Assembly (NCBI GenBank): GCA_023920165.1 | Contig: CP089274.1 | Span: 1,488,001-1,552,000, forward strand | DNA: 64,000 nt | DNA from: Curvularia clavata | Taxonomy: Eukaryota | Direction: 5' to 3' | Part shown: positions 1 through 12,019 of the stretch, piece by piece | Numbering within the stretch: position 1 is the first letter of the stretch | Layout of the letters: the number at the start of each line of letters is the position of its first letter | Translations under genes and position numbers: made by a program | Notes under the pieces: model-generated | What the model saw: the letters and a program-made list of their open reading frames with translations, nothing else | Database searches by the model: none | Told to the model about the DNA's origin: nothing

Positions 1-2
1 TA

Positions 3-1217
3 GTCTCCACAAGAAACCCTATAGTATCAAAGCAGCTTGCCCGCTCCGGTTTCCAGTGCCTGGATCTATTGGTATCTGACATGGAACCGGAGGAGGCGGA
101 ACAGTTGTTCCGATCTTTAATAGCATCCACTGTAACGGTTTCTCCAGACCAGCTGAGTCGATTAGTCGAAGGCCTAGATCGACACCCTTTTGCCATATGT
201 GCAGCCTCCTCATATCTACCTGACCTCCAGCGCATCCAAGATCCCTCTGAACAAGATCGCGCAGTCGAGGTCCTTCTAAATGCCCTAGAAGGCGATGATT
301 TTCAAGGCAGGAGAGACTTTTTCGATTTTGATGGCTTACTAGACCTATCCATTTCAAAGCTATTCGGAACCGCAATGACGCACTTGAAGAACCATACTAC
401 GAACATGGATTATTTCACTGCAGTACGCCCACTCTTGCAAGCGGTAGCGCACCTCTCCGATAACAAAAGTGGGTGTCATTTCGCAACATTCTTCAATGCC
501 GTGCAACCAATTGCGACCAAGAAAGCAATACACGAAATCGACAATGTTTTCAAGAGGGGTTTGAGGCAAGAAAACAGCACATTAGGGAAGATCCTACAGT
601 CCTCGCTGATTGTCGAACGTTCATGCACGCCGTACATGCCTGCGCTATGGCGAGACTGCATCATGCTTTACGAAAGCCATCGCCCGAAAGAAGTAACATA
701 CTGGCTTAAACAGATCCTCTTACTATGCTACCTGTACTACGAAGAGAACAAAACTAAACCCAACAGTACAAAGCTGTACCCATTCGTCAGGAACTGCAAA
801 CGTATAGCGAAAAGATACGGCATCAGCTTCGCCAACATCATTACATGTCCCGAGCAAAACTCATGGCACGATCAAATTGTGCAGCTCGACAACGCGTCAG
901 TGCATTTCTCGACCTTGTTAGCGGAATGCCGCGAGGTAAAGAAAAGTGCTTCTGCGGAGCGCCCAGGATCAGATTACAACATCGCATACGCTCGACTGAC
1001 GAGGCAGTATAAATTCTGGAGAAAAAGGTATCCAGCTTACGGCAGCGATTCCGCCACAGGCGAGACTGTGAGAGAAATAAAGAAGATTCTTAAGGGAGCT
1101 GCGGAATCTGTAGGGAATCCAGTATGGAACCCGGATTGGGTTGCGTCGGCGGCAGAGTCGGACAGGGTAGGGGGGAGGCAAGAGATAGAAGAAACTAAGT
1201 ATGACGACTACGAATAA
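3..1217 (+). CDS. NB-ARC/STAND (fungal NLR-like) protein, 5'-truncated by the window edge
   Basis: The frame is open from base 3: VSTRNPIVSKQL (sensor-1 'TTR'-like), then MEPEEAEQLF and LDRHPFAICAASSYL (GxP/'LPLAI..A..YL'-like motif). Stop TAA at 1215-1217. Confidence 0.6.
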   Translation, partial: VSTRNPIVSKQLARSGFQCLDLLVSDMEPEEAEQLFRSLIASTVTVSPDQLSRLVEGLDRHPFAICAASSYLPDLQRIQDPSEQDRAVEVLLNALEGDDFQGRRDFFDFDGLLDLSISKLFGTAMTHLKNHTTNMDYFTAVRPLLQAVAHLSDNKSGCHFATFFNAVQPIATKKAIHEIDNVFKRGLRQENSTLGKILQSSLIVERSCTPYMPALWRDCIMLYESHRPKEVTYWLKQILLLCYLYYEENKTKPNSTKLYPFVRNCKRIAKRYGISFANIITCPEQNSWHDQIVQLDNASVHFSTLLAECREVKKSASAERPGSDYNIAYARLTRQYKFWRKRYPAYGSDSATGETVREIKKILKGAAESVGNPVWNPDWVASAAESDRVGGRQEIEETKYDDYE

Positions 1218-1597
1218 GATAGAACGTGCCAATGGAGAATAAAGAAGACTCACACTCATAGCCAGAATTAAAACGGAAATTTTCGCGAGATCATATGCAA
1301 AAGACAAAACCCGACATGTTCGAGGGATATGATCAACATCCATGCTCATGTCACTTAAAGCAAGCAAAGCATGAACAGCATTTCCGAAATTTCTAAAATT
1401 GAAATGAAGTATCCGCAATGGAGCACAGTACATGACTAGCCTTCCAGCTATGCTAACCTCGTGTTCGCTACTCAGGTTACTGCCATGTTTTTGCTCCATG
1501 AACTACCCTTCGCCATCCGCAGCACGAGATTTGTAGCATGCCCGAAACGGTGTCTGACAGCAAGCCATTCATCCTCGAACTTGTGCCTCCCCTTGAT

Positions 1598-2320
1598 CTA
1601 GGACTTCTCCGAGTGTCCGTGCTCATAGTACAGGTTTGCATCAATTTTGTCTCGAGATGCACGCTTTTTGATCATCACGGCCCGGAATAGGTTGGCGTTG
1701 AATTCAGATGGCATGTCTTCCAGAAGAGGCGCCCAGTCTGCTGTTGCATACTTGCTCCACATTTTGATCATAAGTCTCCTAGCTGGAGAATTCTTGGGAG
1801 TTCCGTCGTAGATGATTGTGACGGGAATTACGCCTGGACTGGGGAGATCTAGATGTGGCGTCTCGAATTTGGCTTCAGTGAAAGCATCGATGATAGCGTT
1901 CTTGAAAGCAGTGTCCATAAGTTTTTCGCCCAGTACATAGCACTTGCTAAGTGTGCAAAACTCGAAATCCACTTCTGTATTGTCCAGATCTTCGGCGGTA
2001 GTAGGGAGGACCCTGAAGTACAGCCAGTGCACGTAGATTTCGAAGATAGCAGGATCTTCGTCAGTGAGGTCAATGGGAGGACGAGAAGGGTTCGATCCGG
2101 ACCATTCTGGTTTCATGGCACTAGCAAAAAAGTTTGACCTTTTGCGAAGGACGGCGGAATGGACAGTGTACATGCTCCCTTCGGTGCCAACTCGGATGGC
2201 AACTGTGTCCAACATACTAGAATATCGTCAGCGTGGTAGTTATTCTAGGATATAATCAGCTCACTTGTAAGCTGCCTTATTTGAAACTTGCCCACGTCGT
2301 GTGTAGGGATCAATAGCCAT
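1598..2320 (-). CDS. BTB/POZ domain protein
   Basis: Exons 2320-2265 and 2216-1598; intron GTGAGC..GCTGAC..TAG restores the frame. Motifs YTVHSAVLRKRSNFFASAM, DLTDEDPAIFEIYVHWLY and CYVLGEKLMDTAFKNAIID are typical of fungal BTB proteins. Confidence 0.85.
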
Positions 2321-2548
2321 CCTCTGGGTGTTTCGACTTGTGTTGAGAAAGGTAAACAGAGAATTCCGATATTCCCTTTGAGACAGCAGATAACATGGTG
2401 AAGGTATGAGTAGGCTTGGCAGGGTCTCACCACATTAAGCTAACCAAAAATGAAGGTGAAGGAAGGTAAAGGATAGTCAGGAAATCATTTTATATCCGCC
2501 TTTTTGATGTTATTTTTACAATATAGTACAATCATAATTTCGTGACTC

Positions 2549-3015
2549 TCATGACCATCGGATTTTCATCTTCCACTGATCGACCTTGGCCTGCCACCAT
2601 GTCTTGTGGGGGGCGCGCTCAATCTCTTCCATCAACTTGGTGTAGTGCTCGGGCGCGGATGTGGGCTTCAGCACGCCTGGCGACAGGGCATATTTTGTAC
2701 TGTATCTGTTTTCGAGCAACGAGAAGAGAGCATTTACTTGTGCTTGCTCAAGTTTGGGATTTGGCGGGGGTGATGATGCGGCTCGAGTTGTGGCAGCAGG
2801 CGATTTTGGCTTTGGAGCGTCTTCGGGCGGAGGAGCGATGGGCTGTACGCCAAAGGGCTGGCCGTGATGCTCAATTGCGCGCGTGAAGGGGAGATTTGGG
2901 CGCAGGGCGTCCTTTGGCCAGAGAGTGAGCAGACGTGTGTATTGCTTTGCTATCTTGAAACTGTTAGCTGGGCGCACGTAATGGCATTGGTGTCTCAACG
3001 TACTGTATTCGCCAT
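2549..3015 (-). CDS. CBP6: Mitochondrial cytochrome b translation/complex III assembly factor Cbp6 (UQCC2-like)
   Basis: Exon 1 3015-3004 (MANT), intron GTACGT..GCTAAC..AAG, exon 2 2953-2549. Motifs WPKDALRP, NALFSLLENRYSTKY and LKPTSAPEHY. Confidence 0.75.
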
Positions 3016-3473
3016 GGCTCCGTGTGCATGCGCATGTATCTGCACGTGTATGTGTATGTGTGTGCGTAGGCGACGGGCGCGGGTAGAATATTCAAGCCGA
3101 GTGCCTTGGTCAGCAAAGACGCAGCAATCGATGATGCTTTCTCCATGGCCAGGGTCTGAGAGCGCAGCCTGTGCAGCGGGGAGCGTGGCGCAGCAGCCGC
3201 CGCACAGCTTGGCCCAAAAGAGACAAGACGGGGCGCGGCGCATCTGAAACGCCGTCTCTCACTCTACTGCTGCTGCCCTTGCCGCCTGACACGCCCCGTC
3301 GCTCTTCCAGTGGCTTCCCTTTGCCGCCCGCCGTCCGTCTACTCCACACTCACTGCTCCCACTCCTACTTATTCCTACCACGACCGCCGCTTCCGACACA
3401 CTATACCACACATTTCTCCTTATCCGTTTCGCCCTTCAGACTTCGCATCGCCGCGTCCGGCTGTGTGCACGCC

Positions 3474-4663
3474 ATGCCTAGCCAACGCTATGAACGAGTA
3501 TGTTGCCTGGGGTCCCTGAGGACATTGTGCGACTGCGCCAACCCCTTGGACCATTGCTCTTCTGATAACAGAACTAACACACCACAGGTAGCTGTTCAAG
3601 ACGAGGATGACTCGCACGCATCGTCTACATCGGCCCAGCAATGGCCACCTGCCTCGCCACCACCCTCCTTTCACTCCCGCGCATCATCCCCCAACGCCGC
3701 ATCGCGACGTCTCTTAGCAGAAGACCCAGCAGCCAACGACGAGGATCGCACGCTCGCAGACACATTTGATTCAGACTCGGACGATGACGATGATGACAAT
3801 GGCGATGATCGACAGCGCTTGATGCGGGGGAACCCACGCAGCGAAGAGGAGCCGCCAGTTCCCGGCATCCAAAGACGTGTCACTGAATTACCAGTATTCA
3901 ACACACAAGCACCTAGTAGCGGACGAGTCTATGGTGGTGGAAACGGTGGCGTGTGGGCAAATCTTAGCGCAAAGCCAACACGAGGCGAGGACGCTGAGGA
4001 GAAGCCTCCGGTACGTACTGCGTCTTGTCTCGACTCTACGAATCGCTTCTAACATTGACACAGACATACGAACAAGCCGCTGCAGACGCAACACCACCAT
4101 ATTGGGAGACTACCATCCTTGCTCCTGGCACCTTTGGCGACGAAGTGTTTGTCGAGGGCCTTCCTGTGGGATCACTCTTCAGTTTCCTCTGGAACGCTAT
4201 GATCTCTATGTCGTTCCAGCTTGTCGGCTTCTTGCTCACCTACCTTCTCCACACCACGCACGCTGCCAAGAACGGATCCCGCGCAGGTCTCGGTATCACG
4301 CTTGTGCAGTTTGGCTTTGGCTTCCGTTCTGCAGTCCTCAATCCCGGCAACGGCAGCAACGACAACCCAGGCCAAGGCTTCAATGGCGACATACCGAGCG
4401 ATCCAAATTCGCACGACTTTGACCCAGACAAGGTCAGCACAGGTGGCGGCGCTGGGAGCGACTCGACACCTGCATCAAGTGGCATTACTGGAAGCGATTG
4501 GATAGCCTATGGCCTGATGATTATCGGATGGTTCATCTTGATCAAGAGTGTATCAGACTTTATCCGCGCAAGGCGGCACGAGCAGCTTGTTCTTCAGTCC
4601 CCTGATCGCGGCTTGGGTGTTGCCGTGGTAGCCGAGGGTGAAAGTCCAGAGCGCAGTGTATAG
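3474..4663 (+). CDS. BSD2: Metal homeostasis protein Bsd2 (Rsp5/NEDD4 adaptor, NDFIP family)
   Basis: Exons 3474-3497, 3588-4010 and 4064-4663. The PPxY motif (KPP|TYEQ) spans a splice junction; also TPPYWETT, GLPVGSLFSFLWN, SFQLVGFLLTYLLHTTHAAKNGSRAGLG, and three hydrophobic segments. Confidence 0.92.
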
Positions 4664-5254
4664 TCTTTTTTTTTACTCTCCATGTTCGTTCATCTCTCCA
4701 TATGATACGCAGCCTTTGACTGGCGAACCTCTTCATTTTTCTTTCAGTTTTCACGGCTTCTTGGACTCACACACAGCGTATTTTTTTTCTTTTTGCATTT
4801 AGGGCCGGAGTTTTACCCATGTCTCCAGGGTGGGATACAGGACTCAACGACATGCGATGTTGTCATACATCCGCAGCTATTATTTTGTTTGTAGCATCTG
4901 TCAACAACAACTTTTTCTCGTTCAACCCTATCCAAATGGACCATTGCAACCACATGATATCATAAGTTACCATTGTTGCGTGAAATTAAAACTGATTTCA
5001 TGTGCAGTGATGGTAGAATCTACCGAAATATGTACTAAAAATCTTCTATCGTTGCCAAGTGTTGAAATGATGCAAAAATGCGGGGGGTATCTCTGTCGCG
5101 AAAGTTCAGAAAATCAGCAAGTCGAGGAAGAAGAAGTAGAATGGGAAAAGGTCCGCCCATGTATATCCTCTCCTCCTCCAAATGAATCAATATGGCAAAG
5201 GAGAGGAAAAGACAGCATCTTTGCCTCTCTCGCCTTCTCTTTGCTCTTTTTCTC

Positions 5255-6709
5255 CTACATGACGGCGCATTTCTCATTAGCATAGACCTCGCCATACTGG
5301 TCCACACCCGCCATCATCTCATTGTACTTTTGCTTATCCTTTACTTCTTGCGGGAACCACTTCTTCAAGAAGGCTGCTTTCTCCGTGTCGAGATTGTCTA
5401 AAAAAGTGCAAACGTCAGTTTCCAGTTCCTACTTGTTAATGACAGAAATGAATGTTCAGAACTCACCAGAATTCGCATCGAAAATTGTCCGTTGTCTGCA
5501 AAACGGACAGTTGTACTGCTTGTTGTTCTGCATGACGATCAAGCAGCGAATGCAAAAGGTATGGTTGCAGCTTAGTTTTACCGGCCGCCACTGGATCTCC
5601 ATGCACATGGGACACGAGTAGTCGTCTATCTGCGGCACGTGGGATAAGATCTGTGTGTTGACTTCTGCGCACACGGCCTTGGCCAGGTGCTCGGAGAACT
5701 CTGGATACTCGACTTGTCGAGGGAACGTCGTCTTGACACCCAAGGCGGTGCGTTTGTCGAATTTTTTCAGAATCTTGATCATGGCGTTGTGGTTGATTTC
5801 GCCGAAGCGGAGGCCCTGGAGGATCTCGCGGTTGATGTGCATGAAGGTGTTGAGGGCAGTCAGGTTGTCCTTCTTCTTCAGTTGCTCGACAAGTCCGGCC
5901 TTTGCGATTTTGTTGGAGAAGGTGGCGAGTCGGGCCATGGCTTTTTCTGAATCGTGTGACTTGTGATCGAGCTCGGTGGTACCGAAGAAGATGCCTTCTT
6001 CGACGTAGATTTGGAAGATTTGGCGCCAAGTCGTGAGCATTTTCCGCGTTGTTCGCCGGTCCGGGTCTGTTAACTTTGCCACTTGCTTGCCGAGAGCTTC
6101 AATCTGGACATTCATGCGCTTCTGTTCGCGCTCTTGCAGCTTTTCCAGCCCCGAGACCTCGCTTGTGAGACGGGTGAAGAATTCTGTATCAGAAGTTATT
6201 GGGACCAGTACTGTGCGACAACCAGGTCGGTTCCCAGGCACGTTGGTTACACCTGATTCGGCGGATTCGACAGAAGCAGAAGATGAGTTGGAGTCGTCAA
6301 GCACTCGCATGTCCGACAGGCCGGTTTCAACGGCGAGCAAATGGAGTTTACTCCTTGTTTCCTCGTCAAGCTTTGCGCCCATGACTTCTCCGCTTGTCTC
6401 GTCTACATAAAAGAGAAGCTTTGGATGAAAAGCTTTGCGCGGTTGCGAGCCATGGTTGGAGTTGTCTGGATTGAGGATGTACTCAAAGGGCCGCTCCTGG
6501 TCGTCGGGATGCTCGGTAGAAGCATTGTAGTCCTCGACATGCTTGAGCAGCTTTGACAGAGTGGCAGGGTCTAGGCCGACTTGCTGCAGCTCGTCGGTAA
6601 GCCTCTTTATGCATTTCTTGAGCTGCGAATAGGAGATGGCCGAGTCGACCCAGTCGGGCGGGAAGCCCTCGTCCCTGAGCGTCTGCTTAAAGACGTGGCC
6701 GAACTTCAT
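5255..6709 (-). CDS. SPX domain + RING finger E3 ubiquitin ligase
   Basis: ATG at 6709 (MKFGHVF, SPX start); YSQLKKCIK and KILKKFDKRT SPX motifs; C3HC4 RING CPMC..C.H..CIRC..CPFC. Intron 5466-5398; last exon 5397-5255 ends ...ANEKCAVM*. Confidence 0.9.
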
Positions 6710-7659
6710 GGTTGAGCTAGGGTTGGCGGACGGGAAGCGTCGACAGGGCTGGCTTGTCAGAAGGCGCAAACGGAGCACGTGGGGAGTTGAGTGGTTGAGC
6801 GGCCGAGCGGGGTCGTGGGCGCACCGCAGATGGCAAAGTTCCGACGCAGTTCCGTGGGCCTGGCGGCTGGGGAATACACAAATGATCGCCGGCTTGGATG
6901 CGGCTCCGTACAACAAGGACGTAGGGTACGTCTCAGTGGAAACGCTGTGGCCGTGCAAAGGAACGTGTGTGAGAGGGTAGGAAAAGATGCCAAGTGTGTC
7001 GACTGCGAGTTCCAGAGGTATTTGAGCCAAGGCAGCGCCAGCGAATGAGGGATTAACACCCTCTCAACAGCGGCTTTTTGCTCCGATGGTCATGCGCCCT
7101 GGTGCCTGTGATGAGGATACGAGGGCGCTACTCCAGGGTCGCTCAGAAAAAAGTGCTTCTTTGCCCTGCGCAAACTCCTGGGGAACGGGTGCCTTTAAAG
7201 GGAAAAAACAAAACGCTTGCATGCGTTGCACCGGCGTCGCATGGCCTCGCTAGACCTGCGCTGGCCTTGATAGCGCCTCTTTTCTTCTTGTCACTGCTTT
7301 TTCACAACTTTTTCGCCTGTTCCGCCCCCCCAGCCAATGGGCGGCCCGCCACCGCACAGTCATAGCCGAGTCTCGGTCATGACGCAACTTCGCCTCTTAC
7401 CGACTCATTTCAGGTACAACCACAGGAACCTCGCTATAACTTCGGCGCGTCCCAGCGGCGAGGTCATCGTTGGTAGAGCCTGAAGGCGCGTGCAGTTGTT
7501 TATGTGAATGCGGGGCGCTGCAAGACCCTTCTAGACAAAAAATTAGACCCGCCCAGACTATAGTCAGACGATTCCAACTATTACTGCAACACCAATACGG
7601 ATACTTCTCTGGACCCTGAAAACATCACTACAGCCCTTCTCTAAACAAGACCACTAGCC

Positions 7660-9386
7660 ATGGGTGCATCGCAGTCGTCCCAAGGCGGCGAGGCGCCTGC
7701 AGCGAGTCAGGTGAAAACAAGCTACTACGAATTGCTAGGAGTGGAGCGCAATGCCACTCAAGACGAGTGCGTTACTACCATCTTGTGTACGCTTCTCGAC
7801 TAACACCGCCAAGGCTCAAGAAGGCATATCGCAAAAAAGCTCTGGAGCTTCACCCCGACCGCAATTATGGCGACGTCGAACGCACCACCGCCCTCTTCGC
7901 CGAAGTACGAGCCGCTTACGAAGTCCTCTCAGATGACCAGGAACGTGCATGGTACGATGCACACGAGGGTAGCATACTCAGAGGGGGAACGGGCGAGGAA
8001 GAGGCTGGTCAACACTACCAGGGCAACATGCGTGTCACGACAGCAGATGACTTGGCGCGAATGATGGGCAAGTTTAGGGGAAATGTCGACTTTTCCGATT
8101 CCCCCAATGGTTTCTTTGGCTTCGTCAGAGAGACATTCGAGCAGCTCGCTCGCGAGGAAGAGTATGCAGCAGACTATGAAGACGTCGATATACCCAACTA
8201 CCCCTCCTTTGGTCACAAGGAAGACACATACGACGGCGTTGTGCGCGACTTTTATGCCATCTGGAATGGATTTGCTACAGCAAAGAGTTTTGCGTGGTTG
8301 GACATGTATCAATTATCTCACGCTCCGGATCGCCGCACACGTAGGCTCATGGAGAAAGAGAACCAAAAGCTTCGTGACGATGGTAGGCGCGAGTTCAACG
8401 AGGCTGTGAGGACTCTGGTGGCTTTTGTACGCAAACGAGATCCACGCTACACTCCCAGCAACCAGACAGATGAGGACAAGGCAAAGGCCCAACGCGACGC
8501 ACGAAAGGCCCAGGCTGCGCGAGCAAGGGCTGCGCAGATTGCAAAGATGGAAGACGAGGCGCAAGCAGTCCCAGATTGGGCCACAGCACGTCCAGCCGAC
8601 GAACTTGAGGAAGAAAGTGAAGAAGAAATCGAAGAGGAACATTTTGAGTGCGTCGCCTGCAACAAGACTTTCAAAAGCGAGCGGCAGTACGACGCTCACG
8701 AGAAGAGCAAAAAGCATCAAAAGGCAATACAGGCGCTGAAGAAAAAGATGCAGAAAGACAATGCCAATCTCGACTTGAGCAAGGATGCTCTAAACGAAGA
8801 TGTCATGGTGCCAGCAGATGATCAACTTGAGGCTGATACCGACACACCCGACTCAAATGATTTAGGTGATTCTGTTGAAGATCTTGCCAAGAAAGCGGAC
8901 AAACTCCGAGTAGAAGATGACGGCACAGACGAGGAAAATCCCCATTCGACGAAAAACATGTCCGACCAAACCGCCGAGTCCCCTGCCAAAAGCGGAACAG
9001 CATCGGAGGACAATGACAATGACGACAGTGACGAAAGTGATGACGAATACGCTTCACGTTCCGAAATTGAAGCGCGCCTCGCTAGCATCGGTAGTACAGA
9101 GCCGTCTGCAGCACCCACTGAGGAACTAAACACCCAGTCCACAGACCCTGAGCAGTCAGAAACTGCTGCTGCCCCACAGCCCAAAATGGGCAAGGCTGCA
9201 CAAAAGCGTGCAAAGAGGGCAGCGAAGCAGGCCGAAGCAGAAGCTCCTGATACAAAGTTAAAATGCGCCGGCTGCAGTACAGGATTTCCGTCAAAGACAC
9301 AGCTTCATCAGCACTTGAAAGATAACCCCAAGCATGCTGCGCTAAAGTCCGTAGCTACTGGTGGCAAGAAGGGCAAGAAGCGTTAG
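7660..9386 (+). CDS. JJJ1: J-domain (DnaJ) protein with C2H2 zinc fingers, Jjj1/DNAJC21
   Basis: Exon 1 7660-7766 (MGASQS...[10 protein letters not shown]), intron 7767-7813, exon 2 7814-9386. HPD motif (LHPDRN), [17 protein letters not shown], and fingers CVACNK..H..H and CAGC..H. Confidence 0.9.
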
Positions 9387-12019
9387 AGGACATGATACCA
9401 CGATTTATGATACACATTGGGGCATTGCATAAACAAAGGACAATGATGAGTTGGCATGGTTTAAGCATAGCGTAGGCGTTTACTAGAAGAGTGTTTGTTT
9501 GACTTGGTCAGCCATCAGAGCTTTCCGAGTTAAGGAGTGGGGTTTTCCATCCTCCATAGTATAGGTACTTTGGATGATATCAATCCATTCGTGGCCACCT
9601 CGTTGGAAACGATCAAAATCTACACCGTCTCTCCGAATCTGTGTCGTCTTCCATTGCATGGGTAAGAGTAGTAATTGCTCCGATTGTAGACCCTGCACTA
9701 ACCTAACATAATAACACTTGAATGTAGGTAATGCTCTTGTTGTACCTACGATCCATGTATCTCAGCTATGAAGACTACTTCAATCTTACAGAAATAGCTG
9801 CTTAAACACTCAATACGCTTCCATAACAAGCATGAAACCTCCCCAACATCATGATAACCCCAGCACACATGCAACCCTATTTATAAAAAGCCATCAATAA
9901 AGCCAAACCACAAAACTCCATTCACACACACAGGCAATCCACAAAACCCACCACTCCACACATATTATACTCCTCCTGCTCGCACGCGCTTCAATCCACG
10001 TTATCTCCGCCTTCCTCATCTCACGAGGCATCTTCTCTATTACCTTCCCCAGCACTTCCGCCAGCCGTCCCAGCATCTCTGCAGCCACGCCCATCACCAC
10101 CATATCCTCACCCTCCTGTCCAGCAACATCAGTCAAGAAACCGAAGTCAGCCATTCATTCCGTTAGCTCTCGGTACGTTGCGATTCGATGTGCATTTTGT
10201 TTTCCAACGGCCTGAAGGCTATGACGTCTTGTTCTAAGCATTTCGTCGGCGGCGGTTAGATCCTCCCAGCAGGATTTTATGCGAGATTGGAGTTCGAGGA
10301 CTTGTTGGGAGGATGTGAGGTGCAGTCATCATGCATTGCTCAATAGCATGTACGAATGGGGAGGGCAAATATGCCCAAATGAAGGCTAGGAAAGAGCTTG
10401 AGGATAGACTGCAAGCATCGAAGAGGGAGAAAGTAACGACAGTAAGTCACAGAAAGAGTGACTGCTTGATTGTCCGCATGATGTGGCAACCCCGCCAAGT
10501 TGATTCTCGAAAACGGCCCTGGAGCGTTCTAGACGTGTGTGGAGGTCTCAAGAGAAAGCAGGCGTTGTGTCAATGTGTATGTGTCTGTGCGTTCATGTTA
10601 CTTCTTTTGATGATTAACAATCTTTTGGCATTTGCTTTGGGGGTTTTCTAGGGTATTCATGATTTGCTTTCTTTCCTGGATAAGACCCTTGCATTAACTA
10701 GCATATATTTTCAGAAACTAGGCAGTCAGAATTAGCAGCCACGCTCGTGTTCTCACCAGCTTCGCGGCAATTCTTCCGCGGCCTTTCCACTTTGTAGTTT
10801 CCAGATGTAACAGCAGGGTAGTATCTCTGCGGTTGCATCTGTTCGTATATTTCCTAGGAATTTACATTTCATACAATATTGCGACGACGCTGTTGCGGTG
10901 ACACGTGTCGGTGCTTTCATTAATATCGGTCGATACTACAAAAAAGGGACTGTAGTTAAGAAATCTACTTTAAGAGAACTATCGATGCGGACTAATAGGT
11001 GCGTACAGCAAGACCAGCGTAGAGTCAGATAAGCGCGTATAGCCTCACCGGCTGGGCCATGGCCTTGGCACAGTGTCCATTGCGCCCGCCTCGTGTCATT
11101 TGCCAAGGCCCCATCGTGTCGGCAGATTAATGGTGTCTCTAGCCGACTCGAACTGTTGAGGGAAGAGGAGCGGGAGCTCAGATGGATATTACGAACAGCA
11201 TCATTGCCAAAGAACAATGGAGTTAATGGCGAGGAAGGATAACGCAACCCCTTGGCATGGCAGGGATTGACAGTTGGATGGCCAAAAGAAGATGACGGGT
11301 CTGATTGATCTTCATTACCTGCAGTTGGTCCACCTTCCTAGACGCGCATGTACCGTTGCGGCAAAAGGAAGGGAACTGCAACAGTCAGGGGATAAGCCTG
11401 CCAAGCTCCCACGCCAAGCTTGTTCAGCCAGCTGGCCCAAGATGCTGCTGTGTGGCATGGCGTTGCTTGGTGTTGTTCGTCCGGACCACCTGCCTGTCTT
11501 CTGCTCCGTCTAACACGGGTCTCAGCTGGCAAAAAATAGTTCGAGGTAACGGTTGGAGGGAATGAATGGCCGCCGGCGAGTTGGCCAACGCCTTCAAGGT
11601 GAGCAGCTAACCGCAAGCTTATCTAGCCGCGCCTGAAGCGTGTTAGCGCCAGGGTTCGGGAGAAGCTTCAGCCCCTGAGCGCTCTATGCGACCCTCTCCT
11701 GTCCACATGTTTTTGTCTCCTCCGCATCCTGCATCGCTGTAACTCAGGCCCCGTCTCTCAAACTATCATCCTCTTACTTGCCCTCTCGGTCATGGCGCGA
11801 GCGTAGCCCAGGGGTTTGCATGGCCACTTCTTGACCATAAACAGCTAGCCTTTGCTGCATTCCGCCGCTCTTAGCTGAACCCTCGTATTGTCGGGCCACT
11901 ATCAAATAGACGCTTTTCTCTAGACAGGCTTGTCCATCTCTTGATCTCACTTATTCCAGCCAGTCCCTTCGTCCTTGTGCCTAACGCCGTCGCTCGTTCC
12001 CTTCACTCGTTATGCCATC

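Noticed and set aside
2085..2102. GGTTCGATCC tRNA T-loop-like motif
   Set aside because: Lies inside the BTB coding exon with no cloverleaf or A box.
3171..3473. Upstream extension of the BSD2 ORF
   Set aside because: Non-ATG start in pyrimidine-rich 5' UTR-like sequence; ATG 3474 has a good context.
6710..7030. 107-aa N-terminal extension of the SPX-RING ORF
   Set aside because: It starts at a non-ATG codon, and SPX domains begin at MKFG, so ATG 6709 is the likely start.
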